Part shown: positions 29,835 to 38,745 of the stretch, piece by piece | How the letters are laid out: each line of letters starts with the position of its first letter | Position numbering within the stretch: the first letter of the stretch is position 1 | Made by a program: the position numbers and the translations under genes | From: a virus | IMG/VR virus record: IMGVR_UViG_3300020056_000007 | Length of the DNA: 64,000 bases | Direction: 5' to 3' (one strand) | Notes under the pieces: generated by a model | What the model was told of the DNA's origin: nothing | Seen by the model: only the letters and a program-made list of their open reading frames with translations | The model's database searches: none

Positions 29835-30187
29835 TGTATTGGGAACAACAAAAACTTTTTTCAAACAGCTGGGGTCTTAACTCAGGATTTAAAGACCTCG
29901 CAGATAAACTTAATGAATTGCTTCCAATGGAAGGTGCTTGCGAAAATCCAAGATCTAAAAACAAACATCTTGAAAAATTTCGTAAAGCTCAAAATGCTGC
30001 TTACGATTTATTCAACAATGGTTTGTGGAATAGACGTGGTTTGTTTAAGCAGGTCTATGGTTGGGCTCCTACTTGCAGAGACTGTGATCATGCTTCACGC
30101 CGTCAGTGGGCATATTGGGAAGACCGTGTGGAAGAAGATTTCACACCTATCATTATTGCTGCGGCTAAAGAACAAGGAGTGAAGTAA
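29834..30187 (+). CDS. Early hypothetical protein
   Basis: GAGGAGG RBS; YDLFNNG. Confidence 0.65.
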   Translation: MYWEQQKLFSNSWGLNSGFKDLADKLNELLPMEGACENPRSKNKHLEKFRKAQNAAYDLFNNGLWNRRGLFKQVYGWAPTCRDCDHASRRQWAYWEDRVEEDFTPIIIAAAKEQGVK

Positions 30188-30408
30188 TGGCTATTGTACG
30201 TATAGAATCAAATGAATTGCCAGCTCATGGTTCACCTCAAGATCGTGGTAGCGCAGATCGTTATTATGGTCGAAGCTTTGATCCTCATTGGTGGCCTCAC
30301 GGCACCGGTAAAGGTGATCGCATAGAAATGTCAGATATGACACCAGAAGAAATTGTCGAATACGCTTATGGCTGGAATCACGAAGAAGATAGAAAGGATT
30401 GGGGCTAA
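30187..30408 (+). CDS. Early hypothetical protein
   Basis: HGSPQDRGSADRYYGR. Confidence 0.65.
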   Translation: MAIVRIESNELPAHGSPQDRGSADRYYGRSFDPHWWPHGTGKGDRIEMSDMTPEEIVEYAYGWNHEEDRKDWG

Positions 30409-30941
30409 TGTTTAAAACACTATTATCGGGCATACTTACGGGCTCAATGGTTTTAAGTAGCATTTATGTTTTTCCCGCATATGCTCAAATTCGTGAACAA
30501 TCAAAATTTGATGCTAAAGAAATTGAATGTTTAGCCCTCAATATTTATTTTGAAACACGTGCGGCATCTTTAGCTGATGCTGCAGCAGTTTCAGATGTTG
30601 TATTAAATAGAGTAAAAAGCAATAGATATCCTAATACTATTTGCGAAGTTGTACAACAAGGTCATAAGCAGCCTTCTTGGAAAGATCCAAATAAGATGGT
30701 TATGGTAAGACATAAATGTCAATTTAGCTGGTATTGTGATGGCAAAGATGATACACCTCATGATGATGAAGCTTGGGAAAAATCGCGTAAGCATGCTCGT
30801 GATGTATATGTATATGGTATGTACACTGGAATTACAGAAGGTGCTACACATTATCATGCGACATGGACGAAACCTTTTTGGGCTCCATCTTTAAATCGCG
30901 TAGCTCGTATTGGTGGTCATATATTTTATAGGAGTAAATAA
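30399..30941 (+). CDS. Cell wall hydrolase, SleB/Hydrolase_2 family
   Basis: CLALNIYFE, VVLNRV, CQFSW, GATHYHA, IGGHIFY. Confidence 0.88.
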   Translation: MGLMFKTLLSGILTGSMVLSSIYVFPAYAQIREQSKFDAKEIECLALNIYFETRAASLADAAAVSDVVLNRVKSNRYPNTICEVVQQGHKQPSWKDPNKMVMVRHKCQFSWYCDGKDDTPHDDEAWEKSRKHARDVYVYGMYTGITEGATHYHATWTKPFWAPSLNRVARIGGHIFYRSK

Positions 30942-31423
30942 TGGCTAAGAAAAAGAAAAAAGAATCGATTGATGATGATGGATTCATTACGATCGATACT
31001 AGTAAATTTGCTTTTAGTGAAGGAGAAGGCGGAGGATCTACGTATGCTTATAATCCATATGCTATTGGTGTAGATATTGATCCTGATTGGCTAGGTGTTG
31101 CTAATCCAGATACCGCTACAGTTAATTCAGACGTCACTTTTACGATAGCTCAAAATATTGATTATAAATTCAATGAAAAAGAAATTGTAAAGCAAATTCA
31201 AGAATATGTTGATGCTACATATACTCAACATTATGCTAAGAATAAATTTCAAGCAACTGAGTTTATTTTCGATAGTGGCCATGCAGAAGGCTTTTGCATG
31301 GGCAACATTATGAAGTACGCTCAACGTTATGGAAAAAAAGATGGTTATAATCGAAATGACTTAATGAAAGTTATTCATTATGCTATCATGGCTGTACACA
31401 ACCATGATTTAAATCATCAATAA
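30941..31423 (+). CDS. DUF3310-like protein
   Basis: HY, GFCMGNIMKYAQRYGKK, DLMKVIHY. Confidence 0.65.
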   Translation: MAKKKKKESIDDDGFITIDTSKFAFSEGEGGGSTYAYNPYAIGVDIDPDWLGVANPDTATVNSDVTFTIAQNIDYKFNEKEIVKQIQEYVDATYTQHYAKNKFQATEFIFDSGHAEGFCMGNIMKYAQRYGKKDGYNRNDLMKVIHYAIMAVHNHDLNHQ

Positions 31424-31629
31424 ACTTCTGGTTTTATTTTTGTAGTATCTACTAGTTTAGGTTTGCAATAGGCAAATGGTGATTGTTCGTCAGGTATTTT
31501 TCCTCGGCCATATCTTTTCACCATTTGTCCAGCAAAATAATTACATCTTTCGATTGACCAAAAGTGCATGTCTTGGCTTACTACATTACCATCTATCATA
31601 AGTATGAGAACAAACACATGTGCTAACAT
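31417..31629 (-). CDS. Small hypothetical protein (late)
   Basis: Abuts the upstream minus-strand gene; two Cys. Confidence 0.55.
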   Translation of the reverse strand: MLAHVFVLILMIDGNVVSQDMHFWSIERCNYFAGQMVKRYGRGKIPDEQSPFAYCKPKLVDTTKIKPEVY

Positions 31630-32106
31630 TTACCAACGACCTTGACCTTTTCCTATTAACCAAAGTACAAATCCAGTTATTGCGAGTCCAAATACAACAA
31701 GAAGAGTTCCTACTGTCCATTCTATAATTTTTTGTTTCATTTCTTCTTTAGCATAAATCGCTTCTTTTTGCTCTTTACGCATTTGTGCTTCAATTCTTAT
31801 TATTTCATCCCAGGCAGATGGTCCATAATATAGACTGATGTAAGAGCGAAGTTCCTCGCGCATTTCTTGCGCCTTCTTTTTATGCATCCACACTTCCATC
31901 GCGTTGGCCTCTACACCACCGCCAAGTTTTTTATACCATGGAGGTTTCTCTGCTTTGTTATGTGCATAATCTAAATCTGAAATGGCTTTTGACCATTGGC
32001 TGAGCTGCGAGCCCATATCTTGGATCTCTTTGCCCATACTTATAGCTTGTTTTATACCATTATAGGCCGTCGTAGCTAGGCCTATCGCTGTTACTGGATC
32101 TATCAT
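31630..32106 (-). CDS. Hypothetical membrane-anchored protein (late)
   Basis: MIDPVTA start, C-terminal TM helix, minus-strand TATAAATA upstream. Confidence 0.7.
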   Translation of the reverse strand: MIDPVTAIGLATTAYNGIKQAISMGKEIQDMGSQLSQWSKAISDLDYAHNKAEKPPWYKKLGGGVEANAMEVWMHKKKAQEMREELRSYISLYYGPSAWDEIIRIEAQMRKEQKEAIYAKEEMKQKIIEWTVGTLLVVFGLAITGFVLWLIGKGQGRW

Positions 32107-32178
32107 TATGAACTCTTTTGTTTAAGTTAAGATAATAAAACTCAAAGTCTTAATGATATACTTTCGCCCTCTACAGTA

Positions 32179-32186
32179 TATTTATA
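32179..32186 (-). promoter_or_regulatory. Late promoter, minus strand
   Basis: tatttata = TATAAATA on the minus strand. Confidence 0.65.
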
Positions 32187-32227
32187 AACAGTGACACTTT
32201 TGTTTATATTAAATAAAAAATAAAGTG

Positions 32228-32256
32228 TTTACATTTCTTAAAAGTTTTGATATAAT
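32228..32256 (+). promoter_or_regulatory. Early-type promoter for the tmRNA
   Basis: gTTTACA-17-TATAAT. Confidence 0.75.
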
Positions 32257-32262
32257 ATATAG

Positions 32263-32319
32263 TATGGTAGATGTTAGAGGACAGACAGGACTCGGGGGCG
32301 GTACCCGACGCCTCCACCA
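32263..32319 (+). ncRNA. ssrA: Two-piece tmRNA, acceptor piece (3' half of the tRNA-like domain ending CCA)
   Basis: GACTCGGGGGCGGTACCCGACGCCTCCACCA; CGCCTCC pairs with GGGGGCG at 32580, including the G3-U70 alanine identity pair; 5' end approximate. Confidence 0.9.
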
Positions 32320-32577
32320 TAAATACACTAGGAGTGATTATGCCCGATGATGAAAACAAAAAAATTGTAGAAGTAAAAAACGAACCAAACTCATTTGAGT
32401 TAATGTTAAGAGTTTTAGGAAATGAGTTTATTGGAATTAGATTAGCATCAACAAATGCTAGTGGTAAAATGATTTTATGGGCTATATTACTATTATTCTT
32501 TACTTTCATGATTATGGAAGTCTTTGGATTCAATCAGTATTTTACTGGAATTGATTATTACGAGTAGTGTATTTATG
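32318..32577. repeat. 13-bp perfect inverted repeat bracketing the tmRNA intervening segment
   Basis: cataaatacacta (32318-32330) / tagtgtatttatg (32565-32577). Confidence 0.9.
32340..32567 (+). CDS. 75-aa single-TM protein nested in the tmRNA intervening segment
   Basis: AGGAG RBS at 32330, ATG 32340, hydrophobic helix ILWAILLLFFTFMIMEVFGF, TAG inside the right repeat arm. Confidence 0.7.
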   Translation: MPDDENKKIVEVKNEPNSFELMLRVLGNEFIGIRLASTNASGKMILWAILLLFFTFMIMEVFGFNQYFTGIDYYE

Positions 32578-32579
32578 AT

Positions 32580-32715
32580 GGGGGCGAACTAGGATCGACT
32601 GATGTTTGAGTCTACGAAAAATAACTGCAAACGATAACTTTGCACCTTCAGATTACGCTTTAGCGGCATAATGCTGACGGGTTGGGCACTTACCTTGGAA
32701 CAGAAAAGTGTCACC
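32580..32715 (+). ncRNA. ssrA: Two-piece tmRNA, coding piece; tag ANDNFAPSDYALAA (32627-32671)
   Basis: GGGGGCGAACTAGGATCGAC 5' end, ataact-GCA resume context, tag ending ALAA-stop; 3' end approximate. Confidence 0.92.
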
Positions 32716-32742
32716 ATTAATTTAAATCAAAGGAAGAAAAAT

Positions 32743-33126
32743 ATGAAAAATATTCTTGTAGCAGCTGCCCTTGTTGCAGTAAGCTCACTAGCCGCTAATG
32801 CAAATGAGCTAGGCGGTGGATTCAGTTGGAATTTAGAAACAACAGCTGAACATAACGTAGATACCGAAGTAAGTACATGGACAATCACGCCAGAATTAAA
32901 TTATGACATGATGGGTTTGCTTAATTTAGAAGTATCTTCAAAACTTAATTTGTACGATGGTACAGATTGGGCATGGGATGAAACTACTCATCTTACAGAA
33001 CCAACAATTAATTTTGAAGCTTCAAAAGAAGTTGTAGCAAATGCAGAAATTTATGCTAAAACTGGCTATGACTTCAAAACAGATGATATGACAGATGTCA
33101 CTGTTGGAGTTACTTGGAGCTGGTAA
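32743..33126 (+). CDS. Small outer-membrane beta-barrel protein
   Basis: Signal peptide ending ANA, alternating beta-strand pattern, C-terminal VGVTWSW beta-signal. Confidence 0.7.
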   Translation: MKNILVAAALVAVSSLAANANELGGGFSWNLETTAEHNVDTEVSTWTITPELNYDMMGLLNLEVSSKLNLYDGTDWAWDETTHLTEPTINFEASKEVVANAEIYAKTGYDFKTDDMTDVTVGVTWSW

Positions 33127-33203
33127 TATATAAACTATAGGGTCACTACTTAATAGGTGCGCGGTGGGCCACGGTTAGCCCACCATCATATGCATGGATT
33201 AAT

Positions 33204-34136
33204 ATGAATTATTTTGAATTAAAACCTGAAGAAAACACATTTTCAAATATTGTAATAGATCTTACTCATAGATGTAATATGGAGTGCGCTAATTGTTATA
33301 TCCCAAATAGAGATATTCCAGATCTAAATAAAAATAAACTATATGAGTTTTTATCTAAACTTCCTCATAGAACATATATAAGATTAATTGGTGCTGAACC
33401 AACAATGCGTGATGATTTGCCGGAAATTATATCTACGGTTAAAAAGCTTGGTCATCGCCCAAGTGTAACTACTAATGGATTAAAACTAGCTAGAAGAGAA
33501 TATGTAAAACAACTAAAAAATGCTGGTCTTAGATTATTACTTCATAGTATGAATGGTGCCGATGATGATATGGCATATAAAGAATTGGATAATGGTAATT
33601 GGGCTACAGTTAAAGTAAGAGCATTAGATAATATATTTGCTGAAAGACTACCAATTAATACTGGTACTATTATCGCTCGTGGTGTAAATGAATACATAAT
33701 GAATAGACAAGTAGAAGTGTTTGCTGAAAGAGCAATAAAGTCTGGAATCAATTTTAATACTACTGCTCCATATAATAGAATTACACCAGTTTTAAGAATG
33801 AAATCTGTAGGTGCAATCGGTAGATATATGGAAGGAGTGTCTTATACAATTGATGAATTAATTGAAATGGCAAGTTATAGATTAGGCGTAAATAAATCAG
33901 ATATGATTCAAACATCTGCGGGTGTTGTTAAAGCTGGTCCATCAATGGAGGCTTTAACATCTTGGATGTTTCCATATGAAACAGAAGCTGGTAAAATATT
34001 AATTAGACTTATAGATTGGCAAACTGATGATGATGGTGTTATCGATCATGATAATCCAAATAGAGGTAGACTTACCGAAAATTTTACAGTAGCACCTTTC
34101 TTTGAACATGTTAAAGTAAATGAGAACAATTACTAA
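33204..34136 (+). CDS. Radical SAM enzyme (MoaA-like core)
   Basis: CNMECANC, GAEPT, TTNG. Confidence 0.85.
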   Translation: MNYFELKPEENTFSNIVIDLTHRCNMECANCYIPNRDIPDLNKNKLYEFLSKLPHRTYIRLIGAEPTMRDDLPEIISTVKKLGHRPSVTTNGLKLARREYVKQLKNAGLRLLLHSMNGADDDMAYKELDNGNWATVKVRALDNIFAERLPINTGTIIARGVNEYIMNRQVEVFAERAIKSGINFNTTAPYNRITPVLRMKSVGAIGRYMEGVSYTIDELIEMASYRLGVNKSDMIQTSAGVVKAGPSMEALTSWMFPYETEAGKILIRLIDWQTDDDGVIDHDNPNRGRLTENFTVAPFFEHVKVNENNY

Positions 34137-34626
34137 ATACGATAAACTTTGGTTTTATGCTTTAGATCAAATATTTGAAATGATTGAAAGAATACCAGAT
34201 AACGATTATCTTAAAGAAAATTATTCTATAGATAATCTGCAATCTCATACATGGGAAGCAGTATCATACGATAAAAATCAATTTTCTTCTATACTCCATA
34301 GAGATTTATGGGGTAACAATTGTAGAATTTTAAATAGATTCTATAAAACTCCAGAATCTAGATTCGAAAATTCAAAAGGGAAAATGTCTCAAGCTACTTT
34401 AGAAATGATTGATCAGCAATTAAAAGTTGCACATAAATTAGGATTTGATTGTGCATTTATGAGCAGAGAAAAAAATCATCAAGCATTTAGACACTATGTT
34501 AAACATTTACCACAAGATTGGTATATAGAAAATTCACCTTATCAAATGACAGAAACAAGTTGGCAACATTTAATGTGGACACCAATAAATAGTAACATAT
34601 TAATAATGGAGAATCAAAATGGTTAA
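34120..34626 (+). CDS. Hypothetical protein, possible GNAT-like fold
   Basis: RILNRFY...AHKLGFDCAFMSRE. Confidence 0.4.
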   Translation: MRTITKYDKLWFYALDQIFEMIERIPDNDYLKENYSIDNLQSHTWEAVSYDKNQFSSILHRDLWGNNCRILNRFYKTPESRFENSKGKMSQATLEMIDQQLKVAHKLGFDCAFMSREKNHQAFRHYVKHLPQDWYIENSPYQMTETSWQHLMWTPINSNILIMENQNG

Positions 34627-35434
34627 AGTGATAGAAAATATTAATTATTCTATTGATGGCCCAAAAGTGGTAGAATATCTTGGCGATCATCGCACTGTAA
34701 TTATTAAAAATAAACAACCAGTAGAACCTGAAACTCTTATAAGTTTTTATAAAACACTTGGTAATGTTATTCAACAAAATGACAAAGTTACAGGAACTAT
34801 TGCGACAGGTGAATTGGTTAAAGTTAGGCAAAACGGTTTATTTGCTGGTAAAGAAGATGGCGAATTAGAATGGCATTCAGCTGGAATGAATAGAACTGGT
34901 CATGATGATATCGTAGCAATGTATATGCATCAACCCGCTGAGAGTGGAGGTGATACTTATTTTACTGATCATCAAACTGCTTGGAACGATCTTGATGAAG
35001 AAACAAAAAATATATGTCGCAGCGTAAAATCAAAAACAGTTACATATACATCTAAAATGAAATTAGAAAAAATGCACTATAAAAATGTATTTAGTGATGA
35101 ACAAACTATGATGGAATTTAGAGATATAGATGGAAAAACTAGTTTTGAAAAACAAACACCTCGTAAAGATTTAGTTACAAAACATCCTATTAATAATAAA
35201 GAAGGATTATATTATCCATGGAGTGTTATTAGAGGTTTTACTGGTTTAGATCGTGATCAACAACATTCTTTATATTATAAATTAAAAAGCCATACATTAA
35301 AATCAAAGTATGTTTATACGCATAAATGGGATAAATATGATATTGTTTTAAGCGACCAACATCATAGCTTACATAAACGTGATGCATATACCGGTGATCG
35401 TGAATTATGGAGGGCTGGAATATGCTTGAAATAG
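34619..35434 (+). CDS. TauD/TfdA-family Fe/2OG enzyme with HxA motif
   Basis: WHSAG, GGDTYFTD, HKW...D....LHKR, RELWR. Confidence 0.78.
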   Translation: MVKVIENINYSIDGPKVVEYLGDHRTVIIKNKQPVEPETLISFYKTLGNVIQQNDKVTGTIATGELVKVRQNGLFAGKEDGELEWHSAGMNRTGHDDIVAMYMHQPAESGGDTYFTDHQTAWNDLDEETKNICRSVKSKTVTYTSKMKLEKMHYKNVFSDEQTMMEFRDIDGKTSFEKQTPRKDLVTKHPINNKEGLYYPWSVIRGFTGLDRDQQHSLYYKLKSHTLKSKYVYTHKWDKYDIVLSDQHHSLHKRDAYTGDRELWRAGICLK

Positions 35435-36150
35435 AATATAAAGATTATCATAAATTTAATCTTAAAGAAGAAGTATTATCTAATGGAATAGTTTGTATTA
35501 GAAATGCTGAGTTAACTATGCCTGAATTTGAAAAAATTGCTGAATCATTGGGTAAATTACTTAAAACAAATAAGCATGCTATAAATGAAAAAAGAAATAT
35601 TCAAGAATTAAGTAATAATGAATTATTAAGAGATGGAGATGTTGATTGGCATAATGATTGGTCATATGGTAGAGGAAACTATTTTGGAACAATGCTGTAT
35701 AATGTTAAGAATGCACACTTAAGTCCAACTTGGTTTGTTGATACTAGTAAAGTTCCATATTGGTTAAAGCTGCATTACATCGATTGTACAGGATATTATT
35801 GGTTGCCTCAGAAAAATAATGAAGTATATGCGTTTGGTACTGATTCTGAAATTAATAAATGCTTTACAGATAAACAATTAAAAATTTTAGAAAAGTATGT
35901 ACAGAAAAGATCATTTGTAATGGATCATTTTAAAACAAATGAAGAACTTTTATATTGTAGTCTTGGCACAATTCAAAAAATGGATAATGAAAAAGAATTA
36001 GATACATTTAGAGATTATTGTGAAAATAATAATTATAAACATGAATGGCAAGAAGGTGATATATTATTATGGGATAATTTAAAAATGATTCATAAAAGAG
36101 TAGCTTTCGAAGGAGACCGTATTTTATGGAGGACTCAATTTTCAATATAG
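35407..36150 (+). CDS. TauD/TfdA-family dioxygenase
   Basis: WHND, TWFVD, HEWQEGDILLWDN, IHKR, RILWR. Confidence 0.82.
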   Translation: MEGWNMLEIEYKDYHKFNLKEEVLSNGIVCIRNAELTMPEFEKIAESLGKLLKTNKHAINEKRNIQELSNNELLRDGDVDWHNDWSYGRGNYFGTMLYNVKNAHLSPTWFVDTSKVPYWLKLHYIDCTGYYWLPQKNNEVYAFGTDSEINKCFTDKQLKILEKYVQKRSFVMDHFKTNEELLYCSLGTIQKMDNEKELDTFRDYCENNNYKHEWQEGDILLWDNLKMIHKRVAFEGDRILWRTQFSI

Positions 36151-36569
36151 CTGTTATTAGTTTTCCAAGAACTGCTAGTAAATCATTAGCAGAATGGTAT
36201 GGTAGAAAATATAATAAATCAGTTGCTCTTGGATCTTTACATACACCAGAATATCTAGGTGAAAATTTATATGACACTAAAAAAATAGTGAAAGATAAAA
36301 CAGACATATTGCATGGCCATTGGCATTCTCTTCATAAATTAGATACGGAAACTTTAGGTGATTTATTTCTTAATTATAAAATTGTAACATGTTATAGAAA
36401 AGAAGAATTAGTAAGAGCATCTATATTGAGAGTTACAGGAAAAGATTTATTTGATAAAACAATGCACCAAACATTGAGAGAAAAAGGTCGATGGAAAATA
36501 TGGAAAGAACATATAGTTAACGGAGATCAAGTTGAAACTGTTAAAGGAATACCACACGGCTATTGCTAG
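36126..36569 (+). CDS. Sulfotransferase-like P-loop protein
   Basis: SFPRTASKSL PAPS-loop-like motif. Confidence 0.45.
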   Translation: MEDSIFNIAVISFPRTASKSLAEWYGRKYNKSVALGSLHTPEYLGENLYDTKKIVKDKTDILHGHWHSLHKLDTETLGDLFLNYKIVTCYRKEELVRASILRVTGKDLFDKTMHQTLREKGRWKIWKEHIVNGDQVETVKGIPHGYC

Positions 36570-37170
36570 TGATTATGTTCTTCAATTAAATTATGAAGAA
36601 TATAATTTAAAGAAATTAGAACAATGTTTTTGGAATAAGTATTCTTATAAAGATCCTACGCCAAAAGGTTGGCATAGTCTTCGTGAATTTGATGATATAA
36701 TTCTTAATTGCTTACCTAAAAAATTAATTCCTTATTTAGTTACTAAAGATTTATTTGTATTATATTTTCATAATAAAAGACCTCCACGTCAACTATCAGA
36801 TGGATTAGAACGAACAGTTATTCATCGTGACGGTGGAGACGTTATGAAATGGTATGCTCAAATTAATTTACCAGTTTATAATTGTAATGAAAATAGTAAG
36901 ACTATATTCTGGGACACAGTTGGAGAATATAAAGATTTACCAGGTTTTAAATCTACTATGCTTAAAGAAGGAAATTTAAAGAAATCAATAGAGTTTGCTA
37001 TGACTGATAAACCAGTATTATTTAATAGTCGTAAATATCATTCAGTTGATTTACCTGATTTAAAGGTTGAAAGAGCATCTTTCACTATTAGATTTAAAGA
37101 AGAATATAGTTGGGAAGATGCTAAAAAATTATGTGGAGAATACATTGAAGATACTACATCAGCACCCTAA
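36532..37170 (+). CDS. Fe/2OG oxygenase-like (DSBH) protein
   Basis: IHRD...INLP...YHSV...R. Confidence 0.65.
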   Translation: MKLLKEYHTAIASDYVLQLNYEEYNLKKLEQCFWNKYSYKDPTPKGWHSLREFDDIILNCLPKKLIPYLVTKDLFVLYFHNKRPPRQLSDGLERTVIHRDGGDVMKWYAQINLPVYNCNENSKTIFWDTVGEYKDLPGFKSTMLKEGNLKKSIEFAMTDKPVLFNSRKYHSVDLPDLKVERASFTIRFKEEYSWEDAKKLCGEYIEDTTSAP

Positions 37171-37741
37171 TCATAAATCGCATGATTATGTTGTACCTTT
37201 AAATATTAATATATCAAAAGCAAAAGATGTTTTTTTCAAATATTATAATGAAAAGAAAAAAACATTTTTAAATAGTTTTCCTATGAATGAAGAAGCTTTA
37301 TCTATTTTGCCTGAAGAACTTCATCCATGGATAGAATTAAATCAAATATGGATAGGATATTTTCATAGCAAAAGAAAAACTGGTGCATATATTCCAATTC
37401 ATGTAGATAATCATAGATCAAATGTTAAATATCCATGCAGTATTAATATACCTTTAATTGGATGTTCAGAAAATATTACTACAAGTTTTTGGGAACCAGT
37501 TGGAGAAGTAAGAGGATTAGAAAAACCTAAAGCTGAATGGTATGATTATGGACAATTAAATCATGCATTTGAATTTGCTCTAACAGATACTGCAGTACTA
37601 TATAATAATCAAAAATGGCATAGTGTTTTTAATCCAATGCCTCAAGATCATGAAAGAGCAATTATGATTTTTAAATTTAGTAATGAAGTTCCTCAATGGG
37701 AGGACTGTCGTCAATTAACCCATGCTCTTCACAAAGTTTAA
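37067..37741 (+). CDS. Fe/2OG oxygenase-like protein (paralogue)
   Basis: IHVD...INIP...WHSV...R. Confidence 0.65.
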   Translation: MKEHLSLLDLKKNIVGKMLKNYVENTLKILHQHPNHKSHDYVVPLNINISKAKDVFFKYYNEKKKTFLNSFPMNEEALSILPEELHPWIELNQIWIGYFHSKRKTGAYIPIHVDNHRSNVKYPCSINIPLIGCSENITTSFWEPVGEVRGLEKPKAEWYDYGQLNHAFEFALTDTAVLYNNQKWHSVFNPMPQDHERAIMIFKFSNEVPQWEDCRQLTHALHKV

Positions 37742-38294
37742 TTGCATCTTCCCAACTAATTCCTGGTTTAAATCTCCAGCTTAATCCAATTCTTAAATCA
37801 TCACTATTATTGTCTACGCTATGTGGCCATTCAGTTCGAAACAAAACTGCATGATCTTTCATTACAAAGCTTTCTTTAATTACTAAATCAGATTTATTTA
37901 CTATATCTCTTGCTGGTATATTTAAATAGATATATTCTAAATCTCTATTATCTTCAAAATCCCAAAAATGTGTAACTACTCGTTCATCACAATTTTTAAC
38001 GGGTATATTAATTGAAACAGTATATGTATTTTCTGGTGTATTAGCCTGCCCATCAGCATGAATTGGTATATTATATTTTGGAAATACATTTAACACGAGA
38101 ACCACATCTCTTAAATATTCACTAATTGGACCAATTGTAGATATTAATTTTTTAGAAACTGGAATATGGTTATTCCATTTTTTCATTCGTTTTAGTAAAT
38201 CTAAATCAGCATTTTTTAAAAAATTTTCATTAATATATTCATAATAAAAATCTTTAGGAATATGAAATCCCTTGAGAGGAACTATATATTTCAT
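37677..38294 (-). CDS. Fe/2OG oxygenase-like protein (paralogue)
   Basis: IHAD...INIP...PHSV...R. Confidence 0.65.
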   Translation of the reverse strand: MKYIVPLKGFHIPKDFYYEYINENFLKNADLDLLKRMKKWNNHIPVSKKLISTIGPISEYLRDVVLVLNVFPKYNIPIHADGQANTPENTYTVSINIPVKNCDERVVTHFWDFEDNRDLEYIYLNIPARDIVNKSDLVIKESFVMKDHAVLFRTEWPHSVDNNSDDLRIGLSWRFKPGISWEDAIKLCEEHGLIDDSPPIEELHY

Positions 38295-38745
38295 TTAATT
38301 CTCCAACCGTTTGAGTATAACTCAAACTCAATACAACTCTATTAAATGGACTGAGACTATTATCAACTCGATGAGGTATATCAACTCTCCAACATTTCGC
38401 AGTTTTTAAATCTATTGATTCAATCACTTCATCATTTTTCATATATTGAAACATACTAGTATGATGAACTTTAATTGGTATGTTGATTGCAGTAATTCTT
38501 TGTTTTAATCCAGCTTCTGCAGCTTTATTATCAATATGTGTTTTACACACTGTTTTTGCTGGAACCATAATGATAGATGCATATTCTGGTTTTGGTACAT
38601 TTAAATATGATATTTTGTTTAAGTACTCTTCATTTAATCTAAATGGTCTTATAGACCAGTTTGGCTCTGTAATAACATCGCCGATTTTTAAAATCCATTG
38701 TTTATCATTGGGTTTTAAATTCGTTTTCACTTCAAACCATTTCAT
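38254..38745 (-). CDS. Fe/2OG oxygenase-like protein
   Basis: THID...INIP...IPHRV...RVVLS. Confidence 0.6.
   Translation of the reverse strand: MKWFEVKTNLKPNDKQWILKIGDVITEPNWSIRPFRLNEEYLNKISYLNVPKPEYASIIMVPAKTVCKTHIDNKAAEAGLKQRITAINIPIKVHHTSMFQYMKNDEVIESIDLKTAKCWRVDIPHRVDNSLSPFNRVVLSLSYTQTVGELNEIYSSSQGISYS

Noticed and set aside
32281-32319. Possible stand-alone tRNA or attP site ending in CCA
   Set aside because: There is no anticodon arm, it pairs with GGGGGCG at 32580 as a permuted tmRNA, and no integrase is in the window
32271-32339. N-terminal extension of the 98-aa ORF given in the track (MLEDRQDSGAVPDAST...)
   Set aside because: It is a translation of the tmRNA acceptor piece; the RBS-supported start is ATG 32340
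32671-32742. Track start of the OMP ORF at 32671
   Set aside because: It overlaps the tmRNA coding piece; the signal peptide begins at ATG 32743
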